A stretch of DNA of 58,085 nt from a virus (taxonomy: Duplodnaviria > Caudoviricetes). Positions 34,850 through 45,200 of this stretch are shown here, piece by piece. The stretch spans positions 1-58,085 of the IMG/VR virus record IMGVR_UViG_3300045256_000822. One strand, given 5' to 3'. The position numbers and the translations under genes were made by a program. Positions within the stretch are counted from its first letter, which is position 1. Each line of letters starts with the position of its first letter. Below the pieces are notes generated by a model that was given only the letters and a program-made list of their open reading frames with translations, was not told the DNA's origin and searched no databases.

Positions 34850-36715
34850 ATGAGCGCACAGCGAGCACTTCCGGACTTCGAGATCTGGCGGGCCGGCTAT
34901 GCCGGCGCCCAGGTCTTCGTCTTCATCGCCGGCACGACAACGCTGGCCAGTCTTTTCACGGACGAGGCCCTGACCGTCCCGGCCGCGAACCCGCAGGTGC
35001 TCGGCACGCTGACGATCCTCGGCGTTACCTACGGCCGCCTGAACGCACCGGTCTACACGAGCCAGGCGGTCGAGTGGGAGATCAACGGTTCGCGAACCGG
35101 TACGATCCGGCCACCGATCACGGCCATGCAGGGGATCGATGTCTCACGCGCTCTGGTGACGGCGACGGGCGGCAGCAATCCGCGCGATCTGCGCGATATC
35201 GTTGCCAATGTCGTCAACGTCGAGGACTATGGCGTCATCGGCACGTCGGCAGCTACGAACACGGTGGCGCTCAATGCCGCGATCGGCGTCGTCGCAGCGC
35301 GCAACGGCGGCGCCGTCATCCTACCGGAAGGTTCCATCCCTTTCACAACCCTGACCCTGCCGGCCGGCGTCATCCTCGTCGGGCAAGGTCGCGGCGTGAC
35401 GATGCTGGAGAGCACGACGAACGACCGCGTCATCGTGCTCGGTGGCGACCGCGCAGGGCTCGCCACACTCACGCTCGACGGCATCAATCTGATTCCCGCG
35501 TCGGTCGGCATCTTCGCGAAGGGCCGTTCCGAGACCCGGCTCTATGATGTCGAGGTTCGACGCTTCGAGACCGGCATCCACTGCCGCGGCGGCCGCCGTT
35601 CGGACTGGCGGGATCTCTACATCACCAACTGCATCACCGGCGCTAAGCTGCATGGCGACTTGGCCGGCCTGGACGGCGGGGGTGGCGACGAGTGGACCCA
35701 TAATGCGTGGGTCGGCGGGCGCATCGTCCAGTGCACCGGTATCGGCGTCGAACTGTCCTACGAGGACACGTTCTGCCGTCAGAACGCTTTTGTGGATGTG
35801 GGATTCGAGACGAATACGGGCATCGCGCTGAAAGTAAACGGCGCCCGCTTCACGCAGCTGCGCGATGTCTGGATGGACGGTAACACCACCAATCTCAGCA
35901 TGCTCGACGACGACAACGTCGCCAAGGCACTGGAGAACACCGTCCAGAACTTGCAGTGGCGCGGCGGCAGCATCCGCGGCGGCGCCATCCTGCTCCGGGA
36001 CACGCTGCTCGATGTGATCTTCGAGGGATTGAACCTCCGGGGTGTCGCTTTCACCCTCACGGTGCCGAAGAACAACATCCTGCTGCTCGACTGCGTCGAG
36101 GATGCGGCGGTCACCATCGCCGGCAGCGGTCAGTATCTCCTGCGCTTCGAGTCCATAGCCGACGGCGCCTCGACCGGCCTGACGACGGACGCGGCGGCGA
36201 CAAAGGCATGGGCGACGGGCGAGCTTGCGCCCGGCCAGGTCGTCTATCTCGAGGGCAAGGCGATCGGCAACCAGAGGAACGGCCTCAATACGGCGGCGTA
36301 CCACTTCTCGGTTTCCGCCAAGCGGCCGGGTTCGCAGCTCCCCTACGACACACAGACCGCGAATTTCACGGTGGGGGCGATCGTCACCGGCCAGACTTCG
36401 GGCGCCACGGCCAGGATCATCGCGGACGCGGATGCCGGCGCGACCGGCACGCTGACCTTGCGCGACATCGTCGGCGTGTTCGTCGACAACGAGATCATCA
36501 CGGACTCGAGCGGCGGTGCGGCACTCGTGAACGGCGTGCTCATCCCTCAGAACGTCGTCCTGACCGGAGCCGTGACCCGGATCCGCGACTTCGAGGACGT
36601 GGTGGGATGGGACGCGGCATTCGTCGCCAACGGTCCCGAAGTCGAGATGCGCGTGACGGGTGCCGCTGCAACGACGATCGAGTGGACTACCTACGCTTCG
36701 GTCGTAAGCACCTGA
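34850..36715 (+). CDS. Tailspike with pectate-lyase-like beta-helix
   Basis: VNVEDYG...T.ALNAAI...GG.V.LPEG...V.LVGQG cap followed by beta-helix repeats. Confidence 0.8.
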   Translation: MSAQRALPDFEIWRAGYAGAQVFVFIAGTTTLASLFTDEALTVPAANPQVLGTLTILGVTYGRLNAPVYTSQAVEWEINGSRTGTIRPPITAMQGIDVSRALVTATGGSNPRDLRDIVANVVNVEDYGVIGTSAATNTVALNAAIGVVAARNGGAVILPEGSIPFTTLTLPAGVILVGQGRGVTMLESTTNDRVIVLGGDRAGLATLTLDGINLIPASVGIFAKGRSETRLYDVEVRRFETGIHCRGGRRSDWRDLYITNCITGAKLHGDLAGLDGGGGDEWTHNAWVGGRIVQCTGIGVELSYEDTFCRQNAFVDVGFETNTGIALKVNGARFTQLRDVWMDGNTTNLSMLDDDNVAKALENTVQNLQWRGGSIRGGAILLRDTLLDVIFEGLNLRGVAFTLTVPKNNILLLDCVEDAAVTIAGSGQYLLRFESIADGASTGLTTDAAATKAWATGELAPGQVVYLEGKAIGNQRNGLNTAAYHFSVSAKRPGSQLPYDTQTANFTVGAIVTGQTSGATARIIADADAGATGTLTLRDIVGVFVDNEIITDSSGGAALVNGVLIPQNVVLTGAVTRIRDFEDVVGWDAAFVANGPEVEMRVTGAAATTIEWTTYASVVST

Positions 36716-36716
36716 G

Positions 36717-38150
36717 ATGTGGCGCCCGCTGCCGATCGGGAAGTGGTTCGCCAATGCGAGCGAGGCAGTGCTGAGTCGATCATCGGCCGCGATCGAGAAC
36801 GCGTTCATCAATGAGGCTGGAGGGCTTACAGGCTTCTGGGGCCTGCGCCGGTTCGTCACGCTTCCGAGCGGGGGCCGCGTCTACCTCGACGATTGGAAGG
36901 ATTCGGACGGGGATCTGATCGCGGTCACTGGGCAGGGTCGCGTGTTCCGGGTCGACAAGCAGGCCAACGCGACCGACGTGACGAACGTGCCGCTGTCGGG
37001 CGGGCGGCGCCCGACCTTCGCGAAGACCGACGATCAGATGCTCATCGCTGCCGGTGGGCCAATCCTCGCCTACGCCGGAAAGGAGACACAGCCGCTTTCA
37101 TCCGAAGCCCCGGACTCGACGCATGTGGGCTATCTCGACGGCTTCACGATCGCGATCGAGCCGCGGTCCGGTCGCTTCTTCCACACCCAGGCTGGTGTCT
37201 CGACCTCATGGGACCCGTTGGACGTCTTCACGGCGGACGGCAAGCCGGACGATCTGAATGCCTTGGTCGTCACGCCGTTTCGCGAGCTTCTGCTGTGCGG
37301 CGTGGACTCGATCGAGCAGTTCGAGCGGCTTCCGTCCGGTGACCGGCCCTTTGCAAGACGGTGGGCGACAGGCGAAGGCGTTTACGCGCCCTACACACTC
37401 ATCACGGACATCGACGCCGGCACATGGGGGATCAACAGGAAGCGCGAGTTCGTCCGCATGTCGGGGCAGACCTCACGCCCGGTCTCGGACGATATTGGCC
37501 GCGCGATCGCTGTCGATGCGGACGGCGCGCCGCTGGACTACACCGACGCTTGGGGAGCACCGATCCTCGCCTTCGGGCAGAAGTTCCTCCTGCTGCAGCT
37601 GCCGGAGGCGCGCACGCCATACGGCACCAAGGGCCTGACGCTTCTGTTCGATTATCGGGTGGGCCGCTGGTACGCACTCTATGGCTGGGACAATGACCTC
37701 GGGCTGCCGGCGCGCTGGCCGGGATGGTCGGTGCACTCCTGCTGGGGCCGGACCTTCGTGGGCGGTGAGGGCATCATCTTCGAGCTGATCCGGACCGCGC
37801 ACGACAACGACGGCAGCCCGCGGCGAACACTCCTCCGCAGCGCTCACTACCCCGCGTTGGAGTTCGGCGGGAAGGTCGCACGCATCGACAACATCCGCGC
37901 GCGGCTGAAGCGCGGTGCTGCGGCACAGAACAGCGTCACACCCGTGTGCGGCATCCGCCTGCTCAAGGATGGCCGCAAGCCCACGAAATGGGCGCGGCGC
38001 TCCCTTGGACGGTCAGGAGAGACTGGCTTTTTCGTTGAGTTCGGCAGCTTTGGCGAGTGCGAGAGCTTTCAGGTCGAGTTCGTCGCGACCGATGCGGCTG
38101 AACTCGAGCTCGTGTCACTCGAGGCGGACATCACGCCGTTGGCGCGCTGA
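36717..38150 (+). CDS. Tail nozzle / packaged DNA stabilization protein (P22 gp10-like)
   Basis: 477-aa beta-propeller-like; VGYLDGF, WDPLD..TADGKPD, SIEQF. Confidence 0.75.
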   Translation: MWRPLPIGKWFANASEAVLSRSSAAIENAFINEAGGLTGFWGLRRFVTLPSGGRVYLDDWKDSDGDLIAVTGQGRVFRVDKQANATDVTNVPLSGGRRPTFAKTDDQMLIAAGGPILAYAGKETQPLSSEAPDSTHVGYLDGFTIAIEPRSGRFFHTQAGVSTSWDPLDVFTADGKPDDLNALVVTPFRELLLCGVDSIEQFERLPSGDRPFARRWATGEGVYAPYTLITDIDAGTWGINRKREFVRMSGQTSRPVSDDIGRAIAVDADGAPLDYTDAWGAPILAFGQKFLLLQLPEARTPYGTKGLTLLFDYRVGRWYALYGWDNDLGLPARWPGWSVHSCWGRTFVGGEGIIFELIRTAHDNDGSPRRTLLRSAHYPALEFGGKVARIDNIRARLKRGAAAQNSVTPVCGIRLLKDGRKPTKWARRSLGRSGETGFFVEFGSFGECESFQVEFVATDAAELELVSLEADITPLAR

Positions 38151-38506
38151 TGTTTCAACAAGCGCGCTCGAACATCCAGGCGCCGCCGCGCATCTTGCAG
38201 GATCTCGCGGCCGCGGCGGAATACCTCTGGCAGCTGTACCGGGAAATCGCGCTGTCGCCGCGCATCCTCGGTGCAACGTTCGTGCTGAAGGACGCGGCAC
38301 TTCAGGTAGCGGTCGATCTCGAGGTCGATCAGGGCGACACCGACTATCAGGTCTTCATCATGCCTTTCGCCCGGACAGGTGCGCCCGCGGCGAATTCCGA
38401 TCAGATCAGCACCATCAAGAAGGAACGCAAGCGCTTCACGGTGACGTTCAAGGCGGCACCGGGGGCAGGCAATTCCATCACCTTCGACTGGCTCACGAGG
38501 AGATAA
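38150..38506 (+). CDS. Hypothetical virion protein
   Basis: TGATG-coupled. Confidence 0.65.
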   Translation: MFQQARSNIQAPPRILQDLAAAAEYLWQLYREIALSPRILGATFVLKDAALQVAVDLEVDQGDTDYQVFIMPFARTGAPAANSDQISTIKKERKRFTVTFKAAPGAGNSITFDWLTRR

Positions 38507-38509
38507 GTC

Positions 38510-39865
38510 ATGGCAGACGAACCGCTCCGGCCCGGCAGCTACGACGCGACCGGCCGCTACATCCCGGGCCCGGCCGACTTCGCGCCGAACGGCTCGCCCC
38601 GCTCGGTCCGCTCCGCGCGCAGCGGCAATCGCGCGATCGGATATTACGGCTACGGCGTGGGCGACCTTATCGGCCCAACGGCGACACCGCAGCAGCAGCA
38701 GGCGAATCAGGACAGCGGTGCTGCGGCCCTTCGCGGTGTCTTCGCCGATCGCAGCGGAAACCCGGGCGACAACGGTGCTGAGGGGGGTGGCATGGCCGGT
38801 CTCGGCGTCGGTGATGATGCGGTCGGGCCGACCGCGAACACGTCGACCACGACGACGAACAATATCGGCGACCTTGCCAATCTGGGCGTGCTCGGCGGCC
38901 TGATGGGCTTCGGCAAAGAGGCAGTCGATCTCGCGTTGAACCGCGACATCGTAGGGTACGGTCAGAATGAGGACAATCCGATCGGCGGCTACACCGGTAC
39001 GCCGACGAGCACCGAAAGCACTCCGACCGCCGCCTTCGGCGGCGTGACCAACGGAGAGGTTGCCGGCGATCCGGCGGCTGGAATGGGCGGTCGCGGCGAT
39101 ACCGGCGTCGGTACAGCGGCCGCGGGCGGCGTATCGAACGGCGAAGTGGCCGGCGATCCCGCAGCCGGCATGGGCACGTCGAGCGGCGCCGAGGTCGGGT
39201 CAACCGGCCCTGCATCTGGCGCCGGCACCGCCGGCACTGGTACCGCCGGCACCGGTAACGCCGGCAGCGACACCGCCGGCAGCCCTGCGGGCGATGGCAG
39301 CGGGCCCGGGCCAGGCGGCGGCGGTGATGCTGGAACGGGAGATGGCGGCGATGGAGGCTGGGCGCGGGGCGGTGTGATCAGGGGCGGGCGTCCCGGTGCG
39401 CCGCCTCCTGACGACACCATGATCCCGGCGCAGCAGAACGAGTTCGTCGTGGCGAAGCCGAGCATCGCGCGGCTCGGCGCAGGCTCACTGAACGGCGGCA
39501 ACGCGCTTCTGACCCAACTGAACCAGGCGCTGCTCAGCGGCAACACTCAGCTGGCGCAGCGCATCCTGGGAATCATGCAGCGGAACGTCTCGATGCAGGC
39601 TGCGCCGGGCCAGCCTTCCGGCATGCCGCCGCAGCAGCCAATGCCGATGCGCGGCGCGGCACCGATGCAGGCGCCAGCACGCCCGCCGATCGGCCTCCCG
39701 CAAGGTGGCGCACGGCCGCCCGCGCCCCCCGCTGGGCCACAGGGCTACGCGCGCGGCGGCGTCATCAGGGGAACCGCCGCCAAGCCGATCCCGAAGCGGC
39801 CGTTTTTCGCCGACAGGCCGGGGCCGCTCTCGGGCATCAAAGCGAAGCGCCGCGTTTCGCGCTGA
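38510..39865 (+). CDS. Gly/Pro-rich internal virion-like protein
   Basis: AGGAG RBS; two ARGGVIRG motifs; DDTMIPAQQNEFVV. Confidence 0.7.
   Translation: MADEPLRPGSYDATGRYIPGPADFAPNGSPRSVRSARSGNRAIGYYGYGVGDLIGPTATPQQQQANQDSGAAALRGVFADRSGNPGDNGAEGGGMAGLGVGDDAVGPTANTSTTTTNNIGDLANLGVLGGLMGFGKEAVDLALNRDIVGYGQNEDNPIGGYTGTPTSTESTPTAAFGGVTNGEVAGDPAAGMGGRGDTGVGTAAAGGVSNGEVAGDPAAGMGTSSGAEVGSTGPASGAGTAGTGTAGTGNAGSDTAGSPAGDGSGPGPGGGGDAGTGDGGDGGWARGGVIRGGRPGAPPPDDTMIPAQQNEFVVAKPSIARLGAGSLNGGNALLTQLNQALLSGNTQLAQRILGIMQRNVSMQAAPGQPSGMPPQQPMPMRGAAPMQAPARPPIGLPQGGARPPAPPAGPQGYARGGVIRGTAAKPIPKRPFFADRPGPLSGIKAKRRVSR
39038..39175 (+). repeat. Duplicated 51-nt coding repeat (GGV[T/S]NGEVAGDPAAGMG x2)
   Basis: 39038-39088 and 39125-39175; mostly synonymous divergence. 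Confidence 0.85.
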
Positions 39866-39867
39866 GA

Positions 39868-39897
39868 TTGTAATCGGCCGAAGCGCTGCCATATAAT
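39868..39897 (+). promoter_or_regulatory. Promoter TTGTAA-N18-TATAAT, probably leaderless
   Basis: Consensus -10 ends 5 nt before ATG 39903; no SD. Confidence 0.65.
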
Positions 39898-39902
39898 AAG
39901 TC

Positions 39903-40418
39903 ATGAGGATCGCGCTTCTCGCAGCGCTTTGGTTAATCACAGCGCCGGCTGCGGCTCAACAGCAGTGGACCGTGGAGAAGGTCTTCCCGGTGGCCATCAG
40001 CTGGATCGAGCGGAACTCGACCTACAAGAACATCCCTCCGGTCAAGTATTGGATGGAGCTGTCGCAGGACGAGATCTCCGCACGTCTCACACGCGAGGGC
40101 TCGGCGCACGTCTATGCCGAAGCCTTGTACGAGTGCAGTTCCCAGACCCTCATCCTCCGCAAGGACATGAAGCCGGGGAACATCGCGACGTGGGGCATCA
40201 TCATCCACGAACTCACGCATCATGCTCAATGCGTGAACGGCAAGATGGGGGGCGAGCGGTGCGCCCTCGAGCGCGAGGCCTATTCGCTGCAGGCCGAGTA
40301 TTACCGTCAGACAGCGGCGGCGCCGGCGAATGCGGCGAACGCGAAGGAGATCGCGGCTAAGGGCGAGCAATTCGCGAAAATCGCTGACGATGTGTGTGAT
40401 CGACTGAAACAGCGGTGA
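39903..40418 (+). CDS. Secreted HEXXH metallopeptidase-like moron (DUF6647-like)
   Basis: Signal peptide; IIIHELTHHAQ...C..EREAY.LQ. Confidence 0.8.
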   Translation: MRIALLAALWLITAPAAAQQQWTVEKVFPVAISWIERNSTYKNIPPVKYWMELSQDEISARLTREGSAHVYAEALYECSSQTLILRKDMKPGNIATWGIIIHELTHHAQCVNGKMGGERCALEREAYSLQAEYYRQTAAAPANAANAKEIAAKGEQFAKIADDVCDRLKQR

Positions 40419-40456
40419 CCTGTCAGTTCAGCTCTTCTCGACTAGAACCGCGTCCC

Positions 40457-40480
40457 AGCCCCGCTCCGGCGGGGCTTTTT
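40457..40480 (+). terminator. Intrinsic terminator
   Basis: AGCCCCGC-TCCG-GCGGGGCT-TTTT. Confidence 0.8.
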
Positions 40481-40496
40481 ATTTCCGGAGCAGCAT

Positions 40497-41297
40497 ATGG
40501 GCTTCTTCGACTCCATCAGCGGTTTCTTCGGCGGTGGCGGCAGCGGGGTCGGGAGCCTCGTCGGGGCCGCCGCCAGCCTCGGCGGTGCGCTCATCGGCTC
40601 AAAGGCGAACAAGGATGCCGCCCGCACGGTCTCGCAAAGCCAAGCGCAGGCAGCGCAGACGGCGGCCGATGCGTATCTGCGCGGCGCCGAAATCATGGCC
40701 GAAGGCAACAAGCAGGCGCAGGCGCGACTGCAGCCGTTGGCCGACACCAGTGCACCGGCGATCAACTATCTGCGCACCGTGATGGCGCAGGACCCGGCGA
40801 CTCTCACACCGAGCCAGGAGACCTTGCGCGCGGACCTGACGCGGCGGGCGAACACACAGCTGGCGAGCTCGGGCCTGCGCGGATCGGGCCGCGCGGTGAC
40901 CGCTTCGATCAACGACGTCGACCGCCGCTTCCGCGACGACGCCTACGATCAGAATCTTCATCGCGCTGACCAGGCGGCAGGCAAACTGGCCGGCACGTAC
41001 ACAAGCACGCTCGGCGACATCGCCGATATCGATCGCCGCACGTCGGAAGGGCGCGCACAGGCCGTGCAGCGCGGCGGCGATGCCTTCGCCGGCGCGACGC
41101 GCGCGGGAGGAGAAGCGGCGGCCGGCGCCGACGTGGCGAACGCCAATCAGTGGGGCAGCGCCATGGGCATGATCAGCTCGCTGCTGGCGCAGGACCGCAA
41201 GGAGCGCACCGGCGCCTACCCAGTAGGCCAGAACATCAAGTGGGACAGCCCGCGCTACAGCGACACCTACGCCGGCACGTCCGACTATTACGCATAG
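40497..41297 (+). CDS. DNA ejection protein (P22 gp7-like)
   Basis: Gly/Ala-rich N-terminus, A/Q-rich helices, GLRGSG motif. Confidence 0.7.
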   Translation: MGFFDSISGFFGGGGSGVGSLVGAAASLGGALIGSKANKDAARTVSQSQAQAAQTAADAYLRGAEIMAEGNKQAQARLQPLADTSAPAINYLRTVMAQDPATLTPSQETLRADLTRRANTQLASSGLRGSGRAVTASINDVDRRFRDDAYDQNLHRADQAAGKLAGTYTSTLGDIADIDRRTSEGRAQAVQRGGDAFAGATRAGGEAAAGADVANANQWGSAMGMISSLLAQDRKERTGAYPVGQNIKWDSPRYSDTYAGTSDYYA

Positions 41298-41305
41298 GTC
41301 ACGCC

Positions 41306-42271
41306 ATGGTGCAGTACCTGACCCAGAATCCCGCTGTCGAAGGCTTCCAGGCCGGCATGCGCATGCAGGACGACGCGCGCGCGCGCGAGTTGCGGGATCT
41401 CCAGCTGGATGAAGCCTATCGCCGTCAGGGACAGGAGCGCGCGGCGACCGACGCGCTGCAAAACCTCTATGCGCGCGGCCGGCCGACTCCTGAAGCCTAC
41501 GATCAGGCAGCGGCGGCCCCCGGGCTCGGCGCGCAGCAGCGCATGCAGCTGGCAGGGCAGGGCGAGACGATCCGCCAGCGCAATCTTCAGGAGCGCGAAG
41601 CGGCCGCGCGGGACATGGCGACCTATCTGAAGCTCGGGCACATCCCCGCCGCGCAGGAGGCGGCGTCGCGCGCCGGCATCAATGTCCCGCCCGATTTCTG
41701 GTCGAACCGGGATCAGCAGACGCAGTTGCTGCAAAAGCTCGACATCGAGGCGAAGCAGGCCGACATCGCCCAAAAGCAGGCGCACGCGCAGTTCTGGCGC
41801 GGCGAGGGGCGGCAGACCGCGAGCGGTGCCGGTCACACGAGCGTGTTCCAGCAGAAGATCGCGCTCTACAAGGCAGCCTACCCCGACAAGAGCGATGCCG
41901 AAGTCCTCGAGATGGCGGACGGTCGCAAGCCGCCCAATCCCGCCGACCTCCGCGCGCGCGCGTTCGTCATCGCCCAGAAAGCGACCGATCACCTCGGCCG
42001 CCCACTCTACAAGACGCCGGAGGATCAGCGGCGCGCGGCCGATGAAACGCTGGCCTACATGCTCGGCGGCCAGCCGCAGACCGCTGCCGTGCCCGCGCCG
42101 GCAGCGCCGCCGACGGCGGCACCGCCCGCATCGCCAGCGCCAGCACCCGCTCCCGCAGCGCCGGCTGCTGCCGCGGGGCCGGACATGAGCCAGGCGCGTA
42201 AAGCACCTGACGGGCAGTGGTACGTGCCGGATCCGAGCCGCCCCGGCAAATTCCTTCGGGTCGAGCCGTGA
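41306..42271 (+). CDS. DNA ejection protein (gp20-like)
   Basis: Q/A-rich helical; PA linker; C-terminal ARKAPDGQWYVPDPSRPGK. Confidence 0.7.
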   Translation: MVQYLTQNPAVEGFQAGMRMQDDARARELRDLQLDEAYRRQGQERAATDALQNLYARGRPTPEAYDQAAAAPGLGAQQRMQLAGQGETIRQRNLQEREAAARDMATYLKLGHIPAAQEAASRAGINVPPDFWSNRDQQTQLLQKLDIEAKQADIAQKQAHAQFWRGEGRQTASGAGHTSVFQQKIALYKAAYPDKSDAEVLEMADGRKPPNPADLRARAFVIAQKATDHLGRPLYKTPEDQRRAADETLAYMLGGQPQTAAVPAPAAPPTAAPPASPAPAPAPAAPAAAAGPDMSQARKAPDGQWYVPDPSRPGKFLRVEP

Positions 42272-45200
42272 AGCTCGTCGAAGTCGACCACGATCCCTTC
42301 ACCCAACCCGATCCGCAGCTCGTCGACGCCGTTCTCTCCGTAGAGAGCGGCGGGCGCGCGGATGCGGTCTCGCCGAAAGGGGCGACGGGTGTGGCGCAAA
42401 TCATGCCCGCGACGGCGCGCAGCCCAGGGTATGGCGTCGAGCCGCTGAGCGATCCGAGCGATCCGGAGCAGAGCCGCCGCTTCGGCCAGCAGTATCTCGG
42501 CGCGATGATCCGCAAGTACGGCGACGTCGACACCGCGCTGATGGCCTACAACTGGGGCCCGGGCAACGTCGATCGCTGGATTGCGGGCGGGCGCACCGGT
42601 CCCGTGCCGAACGAGACCAGCAGCTACGTCGAGAAGGTGAAGGCGAAAGGCCCACGCCTCGTTCCGGTCGAAGGCGACCCTTTCAAGCAGCCGTCGCAAT
42701 CCGCGCAGCCGAAGTTCACTCCAGTCGAGGGCAATCCCTTCGAGGCGGCGCCGGCCGAACCGAGCGAACAGCCCGACGAGCCGTTCCTGACCGATCCGCG
42801 CTGGAGGCGTGCGCGGCCGCCGCTGCAGTCCACGATGGTCAAGGAGCGGCTTCGCGCGGGCACCTATGGGCTCGGCGCCGGTCTCAGCGCTGCCGGCGCC
42901 ACGACCGCCGCGAGCATGCTCGACACGTTCGATCGCATCGACAGCGGCGAGAACGTGCCGGAATCCGACGACCCGGTCGGCTACCAGCACATGAACGAGG
43001 AGCAGCGGCGCCAGGCGCGCGCCGACATGCAGGCTTCGCTGGGCCGCAACGTCACGACCATGGTGCAGCGGCAGGCCGAGGCGGGGAAGACTCCTCCCTC
43101 CGAGACGACCCAGCGCGCGCTCAATGCGAAGACATGGGGCGAGTTCTGGGACGCGTTCACAGACGCACCGGGCCGGTTCATCGTCGAGACAGGACTCGAA
43201 TCGCTCCCCGCGTCCGCTCCCGGCCTCCTCCTCGGCGGTGGCGCCGGCGCCTTGCGCGGCCGCGTCGCCGCCATGCTCGGCATGGGCGGCGGCTCGTTCG
43301 CGGTCGACTTCGCAACCCAGCTGGTCGACGCGCTGAACGATGCCGGCGTGGACGTCTCCGATCCAGCCGCGGTCGAAGCCGCGTTGCGAGATCCCGAGAT
43401 GAACCGCGCCATCCGCCAGCGCGCGGCCCTGCACGCGGGACCCGTGGCCGCGCTCGATGCCGCCTCGGCCGGTCTCGCGACGAAAACCCTCGTCCCGCGC
43501 GCGGTCGCAAAGCCGATTGTGCGCGAGGCGCTCAACATCCCCGCTCAGGTCGGCGCACAGGGTGCACTCGGCGGTGCCGGCGAGGCGCTCGGCGAACTGG
43601 CGAGCGGTCAGGAATTGCAGCCCGGCCAGATCATGGCAGAAATCGCGGGCGAGGCCTTCGGCGCACCCGCCGAAGTGGCCTCGCTCGCCGGCGCGCGCGA
43701 CCATGCGGCGCCTGCTACGCCGCCACGTCCCGGGCCATCAGCTGCGGACCTCAAGGAAGTCCTCGAGGACAAACGTCCCGTTGAGGAGATCATGGCCGAG
43801 CGCCAGCGCGCGGCCGAAGCAGAGCACGAGCAGCTCACGCGCGATCGCCTCGTCGCACAGGTCCAGCAGGAGACCGGCGACACGGCCATGGCCGATGCCT
43901 TCCGCAAGGCGCTCGAAGGCAAGGGTGCGCGCACGGAACCGATGGACGTCGAAACCGGTGCGGACGTTGATGCAGCAGCCGCACAGGCAGATCCGGAGCC
44001 GACGCCGGCGCAAGCGGATGCCGGGAACTATCGCAAGGGCCACATCAGGATTGACGGGCTCGACATCGCGATCGAGACCGCGCGCGGCGACGTGCGCACC
44101 GGCATCGGATCGGATGGACAGCCGTGGTCGAGCGTGGCGCCGGCCCACTACGGCTACATCAAGCGCACGGTCGGTAAGGACGGCGATCAGGTCGACGTCT
44201 ATGTCGGGGACAATCCGCAGTCCGGTCTGGTGACGGTCATAGACCAGATCGACCCCGAGACCGGCCGCTTCGACGAGCACAAGATCGTTCTCGGGGCGGA
44301 CAGCCAGGCGGAAGCGCTGGCGCTCTACGACGCCGGCTTCAACGACGGATCCGGAGCAGCGCGGCGCGGCGCCGCCACCACGATGACCATGCCCGAGTTC
44401 AAGGCGTGGCTCGCCAAGGGAGACACGAAGAAGCCCCTCGCTTATCGCCCTGCGGCTCCCGTCTCCTCTCCGGCGGTCGAGCCTGCGGCGCCGCCCCCGG
44501 CTCCGGTTGCGCCTTCCGTCGAGCCGGGGGCGGTTGTCAGCACGATTTCTGTGGGTGCGACGGTCACCGTCGACACAGCGGATGGCGAGCAGGATGGCAC
44601 CGTGCAGGAGCGGTGGTTGCGTCAGGGCGTCCCATACATGCGCGTCGTCGACGACAATGGCGAGACGATTTACGAGGGGCCGATGAGCGCCGCGACCCCG
44701 GTCGCGTCGATGCTTCAGCGCGGTTTTGGCGAGAAAGGCGTCCAGTATTCGCTTGCGCTCGATATCCCGAAGGCGGAGCGTGCGCGCGAGCAGCCGCAGC
44801 CTACATCCGAGCCGGCGCAGTCGGCTCAGGCTCAGAGCGACTTCGAGCGCAGCGCCGTCGCCCCGTCATCGGCGGGCAGGCCGGACCTTGTCGTTCACGA
44901 CACGATAGACGGCCGGCCGGTCACGTACACAGCACCGGACCTCCTTCACAGGCGCCTGTTGAGCTACGCGCTCGACCTCGACGCCGGCCGACGCCGCCCG
45001 CGCGAGCGCAGTGCGCTCTTCAAGGCTTTCAAGCCTCTCATCGTCGAGGACTTCGCGAAGCCCGCCGACCTCGACCAGCTGGCAGCCGACTATCTCGAGA
45101 ACCTCCGCGCGAACGCGCACGATCGCAAGCTGAGCACGCTCAACGCCGAACTCGTCGTCGAGCCGGATCTTCAGGCCGAGTATTGGCGCACGAAGGTCAT

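Noticed and set aside
33724-36715. DGR or invertible tail-fibre cassette
   Set aside because: No reverse transcriptase, invertase or template/variable repeat pair recognised.
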